A stretch of 63,491 bases of DNA, counting the filler, from a bacterium (GTDB lineage: Bacteria; UBA9089; CG2-30-40-21; SBAY01): NCBI GenBank assembly GCA_040757115.1. It is 10 parts of 10 records of this genome, joined end to end, with 100 filler letters (N's around TTAATTAATTAA, not from the genome) between each part and the next. Parts side by side here need not be neighbours in the genome. Positions count along the whole stretch, not along the records: positions 1 to 6,472 come from JBFLYA010000213.1; positions 6,573 to 12,996 come from JBFLYA010000214.1; 8 more parts are not named here. One strand, given 5' to 3'. Each line of letters opens with the position of its first letter. Within the stretch, counting starts at the first letter, position 1. The notes beneath the pieces were generated by a model. The model had not been told where the DNA came from. It saw nothing but the letters and a program-made list of their open reading frames with translations, and did no database searches. Below, piece after piece: positions 1 to 8,390 of the stretch. The position numbers were made by a program, and so were the translations under genes.

Positions 1-127
1 TTGTTTTCCACAATCAATTTCTACCTATTTCTATAAATTTCAATCTATTTCTATTATCTTATCTCCATATCACTCTTATCTCCTTATCCCCTTTCTTACA
101 CTTTTGATATATAGCTTGAACGGTTAC
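1..127 (-). mobile_element. MITE-A (IS66-type TIR), partial copy at contig start; supplies the last codons and stop of rpe
   Basis: Reverse complement of the first half of the 237-bp element at 7327-7563; ends ...TGAACGGTTAC at 127. Confidence 0.9.
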
Positions 128-767
128 GATTTTTAAGACTTTTTATTGCCTCAACAGGGTCTTGAGCACCATAGACAAAAGAGCCTGCGACTAAAACATT
201 TGCCCCTCGTTTGACGACTTCAGCCCCGGTCTCAAGGTTTATTCCGCCATCTACCTCAAGGTCTAAATTAAGTTTTTTTTGAGTTATAATCTTGTTTAAT
301 TGCTCTATCTTGGGCAAAACATCATTGATAAATCCCTGTCCACTAAAGCCTGGATTAACGGTCATCACCAGGGCAACATCTATCTCTTTTAGAACAGGAT
401 AAATTTTATCCAGTGGGGTTGGCGGATTGATAGATACACCGGCTTTTACTCCCCTATCCTTTATCTTCTGAATATTTAACATCAGGTCATCTGTAACTTC
501 GGCATGAAAGGTGATTAAATCCGCACCAGCATCAATAAACTTATCAATAAATTTATCCGGATTAGTAATCATCAGATGAACATCAAAGAAAAGATTACTC
601 TTTTTGCGAAGATTTGCGACGGCATCTGGTCCAAAGGTAAGATTATCGACAAAATGTCCATCCATAATGTCCCAATGTAACCAATCGGCAACATCTTCTA
701 TTTTTTCTACCTCGCTGGCTAATTGACTGATGTCAGCTGATAATATTGAAGGTGCTATCTTTATCAT
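96..767 (-). CDS. rpe: Ribulose-phosphate 3-epimerase
   Basis: IAPSILSAD, HWDIMDGHFVDNLTFG, DVHLM, MTVNPGFSGQ, EVDGG motifs; ATG at 767 (MIKIAPS) preferred; tail RNRSSYISKV is read from MITE-A. Confidence 0.95.
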   Translation of the reverse strand: MIKIAPSILSADISQLASEVEKIEDVADWLHWDIMDGHFVDNLTFGPDAVANLRKKSNLFFDVHLMITNPDKFIDKFIDAGADLITFHAEVTDDLMLNIQKIKDRGVKAGVSINPPTPLDKIYPVLKEIDVALVMTVNPGFSGQGFINDVLPKIEQLNKIITQKKLNLDLEVDGGINLETGAEVVKRGANVLVAGSFVYGAQDPVEAIKSLKNRNRSSYISKV

Positions 768-777
768 CTTAATCAAA

Positions 778-806
778 ATCATACCATAATTTAATGTTTT
801 TGTCAA
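778..806 (-). promoter_or_regulatory. Sigma70-type promoter for rpe (TTGACA-17-TATGAT, TG extension)
   Basis: Minus strand TTGACA 806-801, 17-nt spacer, TATGAT 783-778. Confidence 0.7.
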
Positions 807-822
807 CCTTTTTGCTAAAATT

Positions 823-945
823 AAAACGAAAGGAAAAACGAAAAAGTTTATAAGAATTAAAAATAACTCTTGACAAATCCCTCTGGATGTAGTATAATAT
901 AATTAGAGGTTTCAAGAGCAATAAAAACGAAACTAAAAACGAAAG
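823..945 (+). promoter_or_regulatory. Two pairs of AAAACGAAA direct repeats (candidate DeoR-family operators)
   Basis: Motif at 823, 835, 924 and 936; 12-bp spacing within each pair; pairs flank the fapA promoter. Confidence 0.55.
870..898 (+). promoter_or_regulatory. Consensus sigma70 promoter TTGACA-17-TATAAT
   Basis: TTGACA 870-875, TATAAT 893-898; AAGGAG SD upstream of ATG 969. Confidence 0.8.
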
Positions 946-968
946 ATAAATTGAAAGGAGTAAGTAAG

Positions 969-2414
969 ATGACACACCAGGTTACTTCAACAAAACCAGA
1001 AGCTTTGACGATAAAAATTACTGAAGATGGGCTAAAGGCTTTTATGACTATTAATTCCAACAATTGCCATCAGCTATCTTTAGACTTAAATTCCATTCTG
1101 CAAAGATTAAATAAACAAGGGATAAAGTTTGGGATAAAAGACCTGGTGATTAAAACTATACTACAAGATAAAATCTATAATCGCTCGATATTAGTTGCCG
1201 AAGGAATCCCACCGCAAGCAGGTAAAGATGCCAGCATTGAATATAAATTTAACAAAAAAGATAAACCAGGGTTATTGGAGGACATAGAAGGAAAAGTGGA
1301 TTTTCGTGAATTAAGATTAATTGATATTGTGCATACAAATGATGTGCTTGCCTCTAAAATCCTTCCTACTCAAGGAACTCCTGGCAAAAAAGTTACAGGT
1401 GAACAAATACCTGTTAAAAAAGGAGAGGATATTAATATCCCGGTTGGTGAAAATACCTGCCTTTCCCATGACAAATTAACACTTTTTTCATCAGCGGATG
1501 GTTATGTATTCTGGGAAGATAGTAGAATTGGTGTCAAGACAACTTATGAAATCCTATCTGATGTTGATATGAATGTCGGAAATATCAATTTTATAGGTCC
1601 GGTTAAGGTCAAAGGAGATGTAAAAGAAGGTTTTTTTGTTAAGGCTAAAGGAGATGTTGAAATTGGCGGCGTGGTAGAAAACGCAACCGTAATCTCTGAA
1701 GGAAATATTACGGTTATGCAAGGAATCATTGGCAGTAAATCTAAAATCGTGTGCGATGGTGATTTAAAATGCAAATTTATCCAGAATGCTAATATTGAGG
1801 TTAAAGGTAATATCATTGTTCATGATGCTATTTTACATAGCGATGTCCATGCGGGAAAAGGTGTTTTTGTCTTAGGTGGAAAAAAAGGGGCGATTATTGG
1901 TGGGAGAATCTCGGCTAAAGAAGAAGTAAATGCTAAAAATATTGGCTCTATCTCCGAGGTTACTACTGAAATCGAAGTCGGTGTTGACCCTCAAATTAGA
2001 CAAGAAATAGATGCATTAGAAGAAAGTTTAACTACGGAAAAAACTCAATTACACCAGGAAAGGTTAAATTACAAAACATTACTTGCTCAAAATAAAACAG
2101 AGTTAGCCGAACAATCATTATCTAAACAAAAGGAATTAGAAGAGGTTATTAAAATGATGCATCATCACTTATATGAATTCAAAAAACATGTCCGTGCTAA
2201 CTATAAAGGTAAGGTATCTGCCTTTGATACACTTTGGCCAGGTGTAAAACTTACTATTGGCAATGCTACAGTTCCACTAAAAATTGATTATCGGTATGTC
2301 ACCTTTTATAATAGCGTCGGCCATATTGAACAGACTGGATATGAAAAACCAAAAATTAAAGTAGAAACACCTACGATTACTTATTGGGAAAGAGAAATTG
2401 ATAAGGTAAAATGA
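969..2414 (+). CDS. FapA/DUF342 family protein
   Basis: VAEGIPPQAGKD, VDFRE, VGNINFIGPVKVKGDV beta-helix repeats, IIGG, EVGVDP followed by coiled coil; ATG 969 has SD. Confidence 0.85.
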   Translation: MTHQVTSTKPEALTIKITEDGLKAFMTINSNNCHQLSLDLNSILQRLNKQGIKFGIKDLVIKTILQDKIYNRSILVAEGIPPQAGKDASIEYKFNKKDKPGLLEDIEGKVDFRELRLIDIVHTNDVLASKILPTQGTPGKKVTGEQIPVKKGEDINIPVGENTCLSHDKLTLFSSADGYVFWEDSRIGVKTTYEILSDVDMNVGNINFIGPVKVKGDVKEGFFVKAKGDVEIGGVVENATVISEGNITVMQGIIGSKSKIVCDGDLKCKFIQNANIEVKGNIIVHDAILHSDVHAGKGVFVLGGKKGAIIGGRISAKEEVNAKNIGSISEVTTEIEVGVDPQIRQEIDALEESLTTEKTQLHQERLNYKTLLAQNKTELAEQSLSKQKELEEVIKMMHHHLYEFKKHVRANYKGKVSAFDTLWPGVKLTIGNATVPLKIDYRYVTFYNSVGHIEQTGYEKPKIKVETPTITYWEREIDKVK

Positions 2415-2532
2415 AGGTTGGGATAAAGTGGCTCACACAGAAGACCTTCGGATAAAAATATCCCAGAACGCAGAAGATAGAAAGTATGGGTAAATTACAA
2501 AAAAGTCTTCACACATATAAAAGGGTACTGAG

Positions 2533-3651
2533 ATGGAAAAATCATCATCTGAAACAAGACGATATGTTATTTTAAAAGAGATTTATAAAAAAAGGGTTGT
2601 CTCTAACGATGATTTAATGGATAAATTTGGAGTTTCGTTAGTAACAATTAGAAAGGATTTAGATGAACTTAAATCACTGGGATTGGTAAATAGGACATTT
2701 GGTGGGGCAGTCCCTATCATGGCAAAGGTAAATGAAGATAATTTGGAAGGTTCTATTGAAGACCGCTCGGAGATAATTGCCATTAGTAAATATATTGTCG
2801 ATAAAAAAGTTATAAAAGATGGTGATATTCTATTTATGGATGGTGGAATAATTATTAATATGCTGGCAAAAAGATTATCTGATAAAAAACCAGGACACAT
2901 CACTGTCATTACAAATGCCGTCAATGTCGCCAATGAACTTGCCTCTAAATCAAATGTTATTCTCACCGGCGGTGACCTGAAAGACACCCAGGGAGTTCTC
3001 TCAGGAAATTTATCTACCCAAACAATTGACCAATATTCAGTTGATGTAGCATTTATAGATGTTGATGGCATATCGTTTAATAGCGGATTATGGGCTAAAG
3101 ATGAAGTTGAGGCTCAGGTTAAAAAGCGAATGATTAAAGGAGCAAAGCAGGTAATAATTATGATCAAACATTCAAAATTAGGTCACGAGGTAGGTCAAGT
3201 GTTTGCAGAATTTTATCTTGAAGAAGGAAATAATCTGAAACTTATGCTCCCGGATTTAAAAGATGAAAAAACAGTGAGATTAGATTTTGTTGATCTACCA
3301 TCTGATTATAAATCATTAGAAAATGACCCTGTTCAAAAGTGGCTTGAAAAGAATTTAAAGGAAAAAGGTATAACCGAACCAATCTGGGTCAAAGAAAAAG
3401 CAGGTGGTAGGTTTGAAATTATTGATGGTAAAAGAAGGTATTTGGCGGCTAAATCACTTGCAGATGAAGGCTCAAGCACCTTTTCTTCCATCCCCATAAA
3501 ATTTGAAAAAGAATCTTGTGTCAAGCGTGATTTCCAGATTATCACCTCGTCAAAATACCTCAAGCAAGATGTGGCAAAGAAACACTTTTTAGCAGAAAAG
3601 AGAAAATTCGAAGAGATAGCCCCAAATACCTTCATTGATATTGCCGATTGA
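2533..3651 (+). CDS. DeoR/GlpR-family regulator with an inserted ParB/Srx-like domain
   Basis: HTH FGVSLVTIRKDL...RTFGGA; DeoRC VITNA, LTGG, AFIDVDGI, HSKLG; insert GITEPIWV...FEIIDGKRRYLAAK. Confidence 0.85.
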   Translation: MEKSSSETRRYVILKEIYKKRVVSNDDLMDKFGVSLVTIRKDLDELKSLGLVNRTFGGAVPIMAKVNEDNLEGSIEDRSEIIAISKYIVDKKVIKDGDILFMDGGIIINMLAKRLSDKKPGHITVITNAVNVANELASKSNVILTGGDLKDTQGVLSGNLSTQTIDQYSVDVAFIDVDGISFNSGLWAKDEVEAQVKKRMIKGAKQVIIMIKHSKLGHEVGQVFAEFYLEEGNNLKLMLPDLKDEKTVRLDFVDLPSDYKSLENDPVQKWLEKNLKEKGITEPIWVKEKAGGRFEIIDGKRRYLAAKSLADEGSSTFSSIPIKFEKESCVKRDFQIITSSKYLKQDVAKKHFLAEKRKFEEIAPNTFIDIAD

Positions 3652-3730
3652 GTAACTGTTCACCGCAGAGACACAGAGAAAAAATTAAAAACTATTTGTA
3701 ACTATTCACCACGAAGAGCACGAAGGGCAG
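3652..3730 (+). repeat. Two nested IS66-type left ends (GTAACTGTTCAC at 3652, GTAACTATTCAC at 3698) with 8-9-nt tandem repeats
   Basis: Same ends as elements at 16666, 12653 and 44257; begins immediately after the deoR stop. Confidence 0.7.
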
Positions 3731-3788
3731 GGAGATGTTACAGAACAAATCTCTTCATGCCTTCTTTCAATCTTTCCACATTGAAATT

Positions 3789-3968
3789 TATAGCACTTAT
3801 TAATCGAAACTTAACATAGAACAGATAGAAATTTGACTATCAATTGAATGAATGTAGAATATCGAATAATGAATTTAGAATAATGAAGTTTTAGTATTAC
3901 TTCTACATTCTACATTCAATATTCAATATTTTTCATTTTATGGAAACTTTTGATTAATAACTACTATA
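3789..3968. mobile_element. TATAGC-type TIR mini-element with internal inverted heptamer repeats
   Basis: TATAGCACTTATTAATCGAAA ... TTTGATTAATAACTACTATA; same family at 6120-6347 and 37247-37470. Confidence 0.7.
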
Positions 3969-4020
3969 TCCCTGAAAGATCAGCTGGTAGGCTGGAGGGC
4001 AATGCCTCCAACCCCCAATC

Positions 4021-5045
4021 ATCGCCAAATTTGTTAGACAACATAACAAATTCTTTTAAACCATACGTCTTTCTCGTAGTTAGCGACCCCGTATAGTTGC
4101 TCTATGGTAGAGAGAAGTTACTATTTATACACAAGCCCTCTTAAACTTTTCCTCCTGGATAGTCTCCGAATTGTCCATTTATCAACCGTGTTTCCCCAGT
4201 TTACCCCTTCTGATACGGCAGAGGTTACCGCTTTTGTTCAGATTATCAGTGGTTATACCTGCTGAGCGTATTAAATGGACATCTTTGGCTATCTCCTATA
4301 CGGTTATGTCCCTTCATCCTGATTTTCTCAAGATTACTATGAACAATGCTGACGACTCTAAAAATGGGTAACCGTTCAGGCTATATATCAAAAGTGTAAG
4401 AAAGAGGATAAGGGCGATATGGAGATAAGATAATAGAAATAGATTGAAATTTATAGAAATAGGTAGAAATTGATTGTGGGAAACAACAAATTTCCATAAA
4501 TTTCTATTAGTTTCTACTAATTTCAATTTTTTTAATAATATCTCCCTATCTCCTTAATCTCCACATCTCCTTTTGTTACCCCACCTGAACGCTTACAAAA
4601 ATGGACATTTGAGAGCTAAACATCCATCACTACCTCATAAAGATTGGATTTCGGATTTCCCTTATACTAATCCCTTAGTCTTAATTAAAAGACAAGATGT
4701 GAGTCCTCCTTTGGTCATATGGATTACCCATTTTCCTTCCGTGATGTATGTTTAAACGCATTACCCAGAGATGCTTTAACCTAACCTATTTATTCATCTC
4801 CGACAAGGACATTGCCAGTGCTTCGCTGAGAAAGGGCAGTTGGCACGAGTTAATACGCCATAATCATACACCCCAATAGGTCATCTGTAATTCGTCACTC
4901 CATCATATCACCTCACGATGATACCCTGTCTTTCTGTAGATACGGATTGCTCCTTTATCTACATAATTACAAACTTCTATACAAGGATTAGGCTTGCATA
5001 GGTGGTTTTCCCAACCACTCTGGTATCCCATACTTCAAAGCACAC
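4021..5045 (-). ncRNA. ORF-less, degenerate group II intron-like RNA interrupted by MITE-A
   Basis: 5' GTGTG at 5045; DIII-like GTCAGCATTGTTCATAGTA...GAAGGGAC (4358-4308); DV-like AACTATAC/AC bulge/GTATGGTT (4098-4059); terminal hairpin then CGAT end at 4021; no RT ORF. Confidence 0.6.
4368..4596 (+). mobile_element. MITE-A, full copy (229 bp), 8-bp TSD AAAAATGG
   Basis: GTAACCGTTCAGG...CCTGAACGCTTAC; AAAAATGG at 4360-4367 and 4597-4604. Confidence 0.95.
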
Positions 5046-5222
5046 CAAATCTCAAAACGCAAAACGCAAAACTACAACGCAAAGCTCAAAACTATTTTTA
5101 TTATGGACTTTCGCCGGTTTTCAAAGAATCCTATATTTTTTGACCTCCGTTCAGAATGGCACTGAATTAGTTTTAAGGTTTTGAGTTTCAGCTTTGAGTT
5201 TTGACATTTGAGTTTTGAGTTG
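5046..5222. repeat. Inverted heptamer tandem-repeat shell (CAAAACG-like / TTTTGAG-like)
   Basis: ctcaaaacgcaaaacgcaaaac ... gttttgagtttcagctttgagttttgac. Confidence 0.7.
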
Positions 5223-5309
5223 ATTTTTGCAAAAATTGCTTACCAAAGAATCACAAATTGTCACCCTAATATAGTATAGGATTGTATGGAGACTATCGTG
5301 TCAATTGAG

Positions 5310-5498
5310 CGAACGCCTTAAGATGAGTGATTATCGGAAAGCCGTGTAAGGGAAAACCTTCGGGTCACCCACGAAGTGGGTCGGGTTTGATGCGGGGGTG
5401 TTGGAGAAGTGCTATAGTGAACCTAAAACAGGCATCGTTGGAAACGATTGAGGCAACCAAAGGAACACCTACGGTAACTCGCCAGTGCTCTACTCTAC
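5310..5498 (+). ncRNA. Group II intron 3' fragment (DV-DVI) with disrupted DV
   Basis: GAAAGCCGTGTAAGGGAAAACCTT...GGTTTGATGCGGGGG...CTCTACTCTAC; 3' arm of DV replaced by an ACCCAC-GAA-GTGGGT hairpin. Confidence 0.75.
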
Positions 5499-5532
5499 TA
5501 AAAAAGGGGTGAAGTTGGGCTAAAAGTAGGAT

Positions 5533-5880
5533 TTACATCTTCTTTTCCCACTTCAGAATCTCTCTTAGAACTCTGACGAGTAAATCAATATGTTGTGGAT
5601 TTATTCTTTCTATTAGTCCTATAATCTCAAAGGTAGAAGATTCTTCTTTACTTACAACTTCTTGGGCAGAAGGAAGAGATAAAAGATCTGTTATCGTCAT
5701 TCCTAAAACAGAAGCAATTTTGTTAAGAACTGTAATGGTAGGATTTACTTCTCCTCTTTCTATTCTCCCAATATATGTTGGATGTAAACCAGCTCTTTCT
5801 GCCAATCTTTCTTGAGATAACCTCATTTCATTCCTTAATCTTTGTATTCTACTTCCTATCTTGATTAACAATTCATTCAT
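5533..5880 (-). CDS. XRE-family HTH transcriptional regulator
   Basis: LSQERLAERAGLHPTYIGRIERGEVNPT. Confidence 0.9.
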   Translation of the reverse strand: MNELLIKIGSRIQRLRNEMRLSQERLAERAGLHPTYIGRIERGEVNPTITVLNKIASVLGMTITDLLSLPSAQEVVSKEESSTFEIIGLIERINPQHIDLLVRVLREILKWEKKM

Positions 5881-6119
5881 TATAATCTATAGCCCTCCAT
5901 TCTTATTTTACTGTGAATATTAAAATGGATTTTTAACTTATTTTTTACGGATAACAACAATTTCCAAATGAAGATAGATCAATTAAGAATTGGCAGTTGA
6001 CAGAGACAAGATATTATGATATTTTACAAAATAAATAGAAGAAGTGAGATTTGATATGCCCAAAGAAAATAGAGCATGAGGGGATGTCTACTTCGGGTAA
6101 ATGGAATATTTGTTCATCT

Positions 6120-6347
6120 TATAGCGGTTATTAACTGGAAGTTTACATAGGATAATACCCATAAATAAGGCATGAGAATAATCGTTCCGTTAGGAACATA
6201 ATATCGGTAGGAATAGATAGACAAATCAATCAGTTCCGTAGGAACGATATATTGGTAGAAAATTTATGGAAAGCCATTTACCGATATATTGTCCCTATGG
6301 GACATTATTTGTATTTCTAAGTAAAGTTTTGAATAATAACTGCTATA
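6120..6347. mobile_element. TATAGC-type TIR element containing REP-like GTTCC-N-GGAAC hairpins
   Basis: TATAGCGGTTATTA ... TAATAACTGCTATA; internal gttccgttaggaac, gttccgtaggaac, gtccctatgggac. Confidence 0.7.
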
Positions 6348-6472
6348 ATTTTACATTTTGATGTTTGATTTTTAATTTATTTTATGGTATTCCAGAAAAG
6401 TGGAAGTTAATTTTGCAAAAACCATAAGCCTCGCACTACAAATCTTTTTATTATTCGTGTTCATTCGTGGTT

Positions 6473-6572
6473 NNNNNNNNNNNNNNNNNNNNNNNNNNNN
6501 NNNNNNNNNNNNNNNNTTAATTAATTAANNNNNNNNNNNNNNNNNNNNNNNNNNNNNNNNNNNNNNNNNNNN
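6473..6572. other. Artificial contig linker (first of nine)
   Basis: N-TTAATTAATTAA-N, 100 nt; also at 12997, 19516, 26018, 32377, 38621, 44864, 51088 and 57302. Confidence 0.99.
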
Positions 6573-6697
6573 GTTTTCCACAATCAATTTCTACCTATTT
6601 CTATAAATTTCAATCTATTTCTATTATCTTATCTCCATATCACTCTTATCTCCTTATCCCCTTTCTTACACTTTTGATATATAGCCTGAACGGTTAC
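6573..6697 (-). mobile_element. MITE-A partial copy at contig start
   Basis: Near-identical to 3-127. Confidence 0.9.
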
Positions 6698-6736
6698 ACA
6701 GATTTGATGGAAATTTATAAAAATTGGAGATAAATA

Positions 6737-7318
6737 ATGTTGCGGGGTGCAATTGCATTATTTTGTTTAATGGTTATTTTGGGGTTAATATTAGTTAATA
6801 GTAATTGGTTTTGGGATACAATTGCCCCGGTTTATTATGAAGACATAGTTTATAAATATGCCGAAAAGTATGACATCGACCCTTTTTTAGCTATGGCTAT
6901 TATCAAAGCTGAATCAAGTTTTTATTCTGGAGCACAATCGCCAAAAGGGGCAATTGGTCTGATGCAAATAATGCCGGCAACGGGTAAAGAAATTGCCTCT
7001 AAATTAAACTTAAGACCATTTGCGGTTTGCGACCTATACGACCCGGAGATAAATATTCAAATTGGATTATATTATTTCGTCAAATTACAAAATAAGTTTA
7101 ATGGAGATATATATTTAACTTTAGCCGCATACAATGGTGGAGCAGAAAATGTAAAAAAATGGCTATCTGAAAAGAAAATGGGAACGATAAAGTCAAAAGC
7201 GGACATTAAAAATATACCATTTAAGGAAACACGAGAATTTGTCCATGATGTTATCTGGAATTACCTGTGGTTTAAAAATATTCATAAAATCAGGAAGGTT
7301 TTACAAATCAAAATATAA
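6737..7318 (+). CDS. SLT-domain lytic transglycosylase
   Basis: IKAESSF, SPKGAIGLMQIMPAT, LAAYNGG, ETREFV; N-terminal TM. Confidence 0.92.
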   Translation: MLRGAIALFCLMVILGLILVNSNWFWDTIAPVYYEDIVYKYAEKYDIDPFLAMAIIKAESSFYSGAQSPKGAIGLMQIMPATGKEIASKLNLRPFAVCDLYDPEINIQIGLYYFVKLQNKFNGDIYLTLAAYNGGAENVKKWLSEKKMGTIKSKADIKNIPFKETREFVHDVIWNYLWFKNIHKIRKVLQIKI

Positions 7319-7326
7319 CTTATTTC

Positions 7327-7563
7327 GTAACCGTTCAGGCTATATATCAAAAGTGTAAGAAAGGGGATAAGGAGATAAGAGTGATATGGAGATAAGATAA
7401 TAGAAATAGATTGAAATTTATAGAAATAGGTAGAAATTGATTGTGGAAAACAACAAATTTCCATAAATTTCTATTAGTTTCTATTAATTTCAATTTTTTT
7501 AATAATATCTCCCTATCTCCTTAATCTCCACATCTCCTTTTGTTACACCACCTGAACGCTTAC
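7327..7563 (+). mobile_element. MITE-A, full copy (237 bp), 8-bp TSD CTTATTTC
   Basis: TIR GTAACCGTTCAGG/CCTGAACGCTTAC; CTTATTTC at 7319-7326 and 7564-7571. Confidence 0.95.
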
Positions 7564-7583
7564 CTTATTTCAAGAATAAAAAA

Positions 7584-8156
7584 ATGACATTAGCCAATAA
7601 AATTACTATTTTAAGAATCTTATTAATTCCGGTTCTTGTTATCTTTTTAGTCTATGGTTACCGAAAAAATCTACTACTTTTTCGCCATATCGCCCTGGGT
7701 ATTTTTATCCTTTCAATGATAACAGATGCCTTAGACGGAATGGTTGCCCGTGCATTTAAACAAAAAACTAATCTTGGAAGTTTATTAGACCCGCTGGCAG
7801 ATAAATTACTTCTGGTAACTACCTTTGGAGTTATAGGATATATTGGAAAAATCTCATTGGGAATAGTAATCCTGGTGATAAGTCGAGAAGTGATTATGAC
7901 ATTAGGGTGGATTATTCTTCATATATTTAGTCCTAATACGATTACGATTAAGCCAAGCATCCTGGGAAAGATAACAACTGCCCTTCAAATGTTGACAATT
8001 ATTTGTTGTCTGATAGAAATTCAATATCCAATTATTATTCGCTGGACGCTTATTACCACTATGGTAATTTTTACTATCGTCTCCACACTTCATTATATCT
8101 TTGTTGGTAGTCAGATGCTTAATGAAGAAGGAAAGGGAAAGAATAAAGGAGATTAA
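7584..8156 (+). CDS. pgsA: CDP-alcohol phosphatidyltransferase (PgsA-like)
   Basis: ANKITILR, TDALDGMVAR...GSLLDPLADK. Confidence 0.85.
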   Translation: MTLANKITILRILLIPVLVIFLVYGYRKNLLLFRHIALGIFILSMITDALDGMVARAFKQKTNLGSLLDPLADKLLLVTTFGVIGYIGKISLGIVILVISREVIMTLGWIILHIFSPNTITIKPSILGKITTALQMLTIICCLIEIQYPIIIRWTLITTMVIFTIVSTLHYIFVGSQMLNEEGKGKNKGD

Positions 8157-8390
8157 CCACGAAGGCACGAAGATACAAAGGAGAATGAAAATAAAGGCTG
8201 AAGGAAACAGCGTTCAAAACTTCAGCCTATATCCTTCAGCCTTCAGCCTATTTTCAGGAGAAACGCTCATGCCCACAGGGAGTGGGCACAAAGGAGGATG
8301 AAAATCGGGCATAGAGATTAGAGATTAGCAAGAGTGCAGGTTCTAATTCACTAATTCTCTAATCTCTAATTAACTATTTTCAGGAGAAAA
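8155..8390 (+). repeat. Tandem ACAAAGGRGRATGAAAAT-(inverted heptamers)-ATTTTCAGGAGAAA units with a central hairpin
   Basis: Core 8250-8305 matches the reverse copy at 19353-19404; final AGGAG lies just upstream of the pilB ATG. Confidence 0.7.

Noticed and set aside
1544-3635. Antisense ORFs over fapA and deoR (and similar ones throughout)
   Set aside because: Fully overlap well-supported genes and show no recognisable motifs
4314-4526. Small paralogous ORFs (also 7282-7464 and 40014-40199)
   Set aside because: Antisense reading of MITE-A, with no coding signals
5002-5512. Short ORFs 5002-5184 and 5327-5512
   Set aside because: They read through heptamer repeats and intron DV-DVI sequence
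6473-6572. Conserved TTAATTAATTAA motif recurring every 6 kb or so
   Set aside because: Artificial six-frame-stop linker inside N runs; ORFs containing X residues are truncated by it
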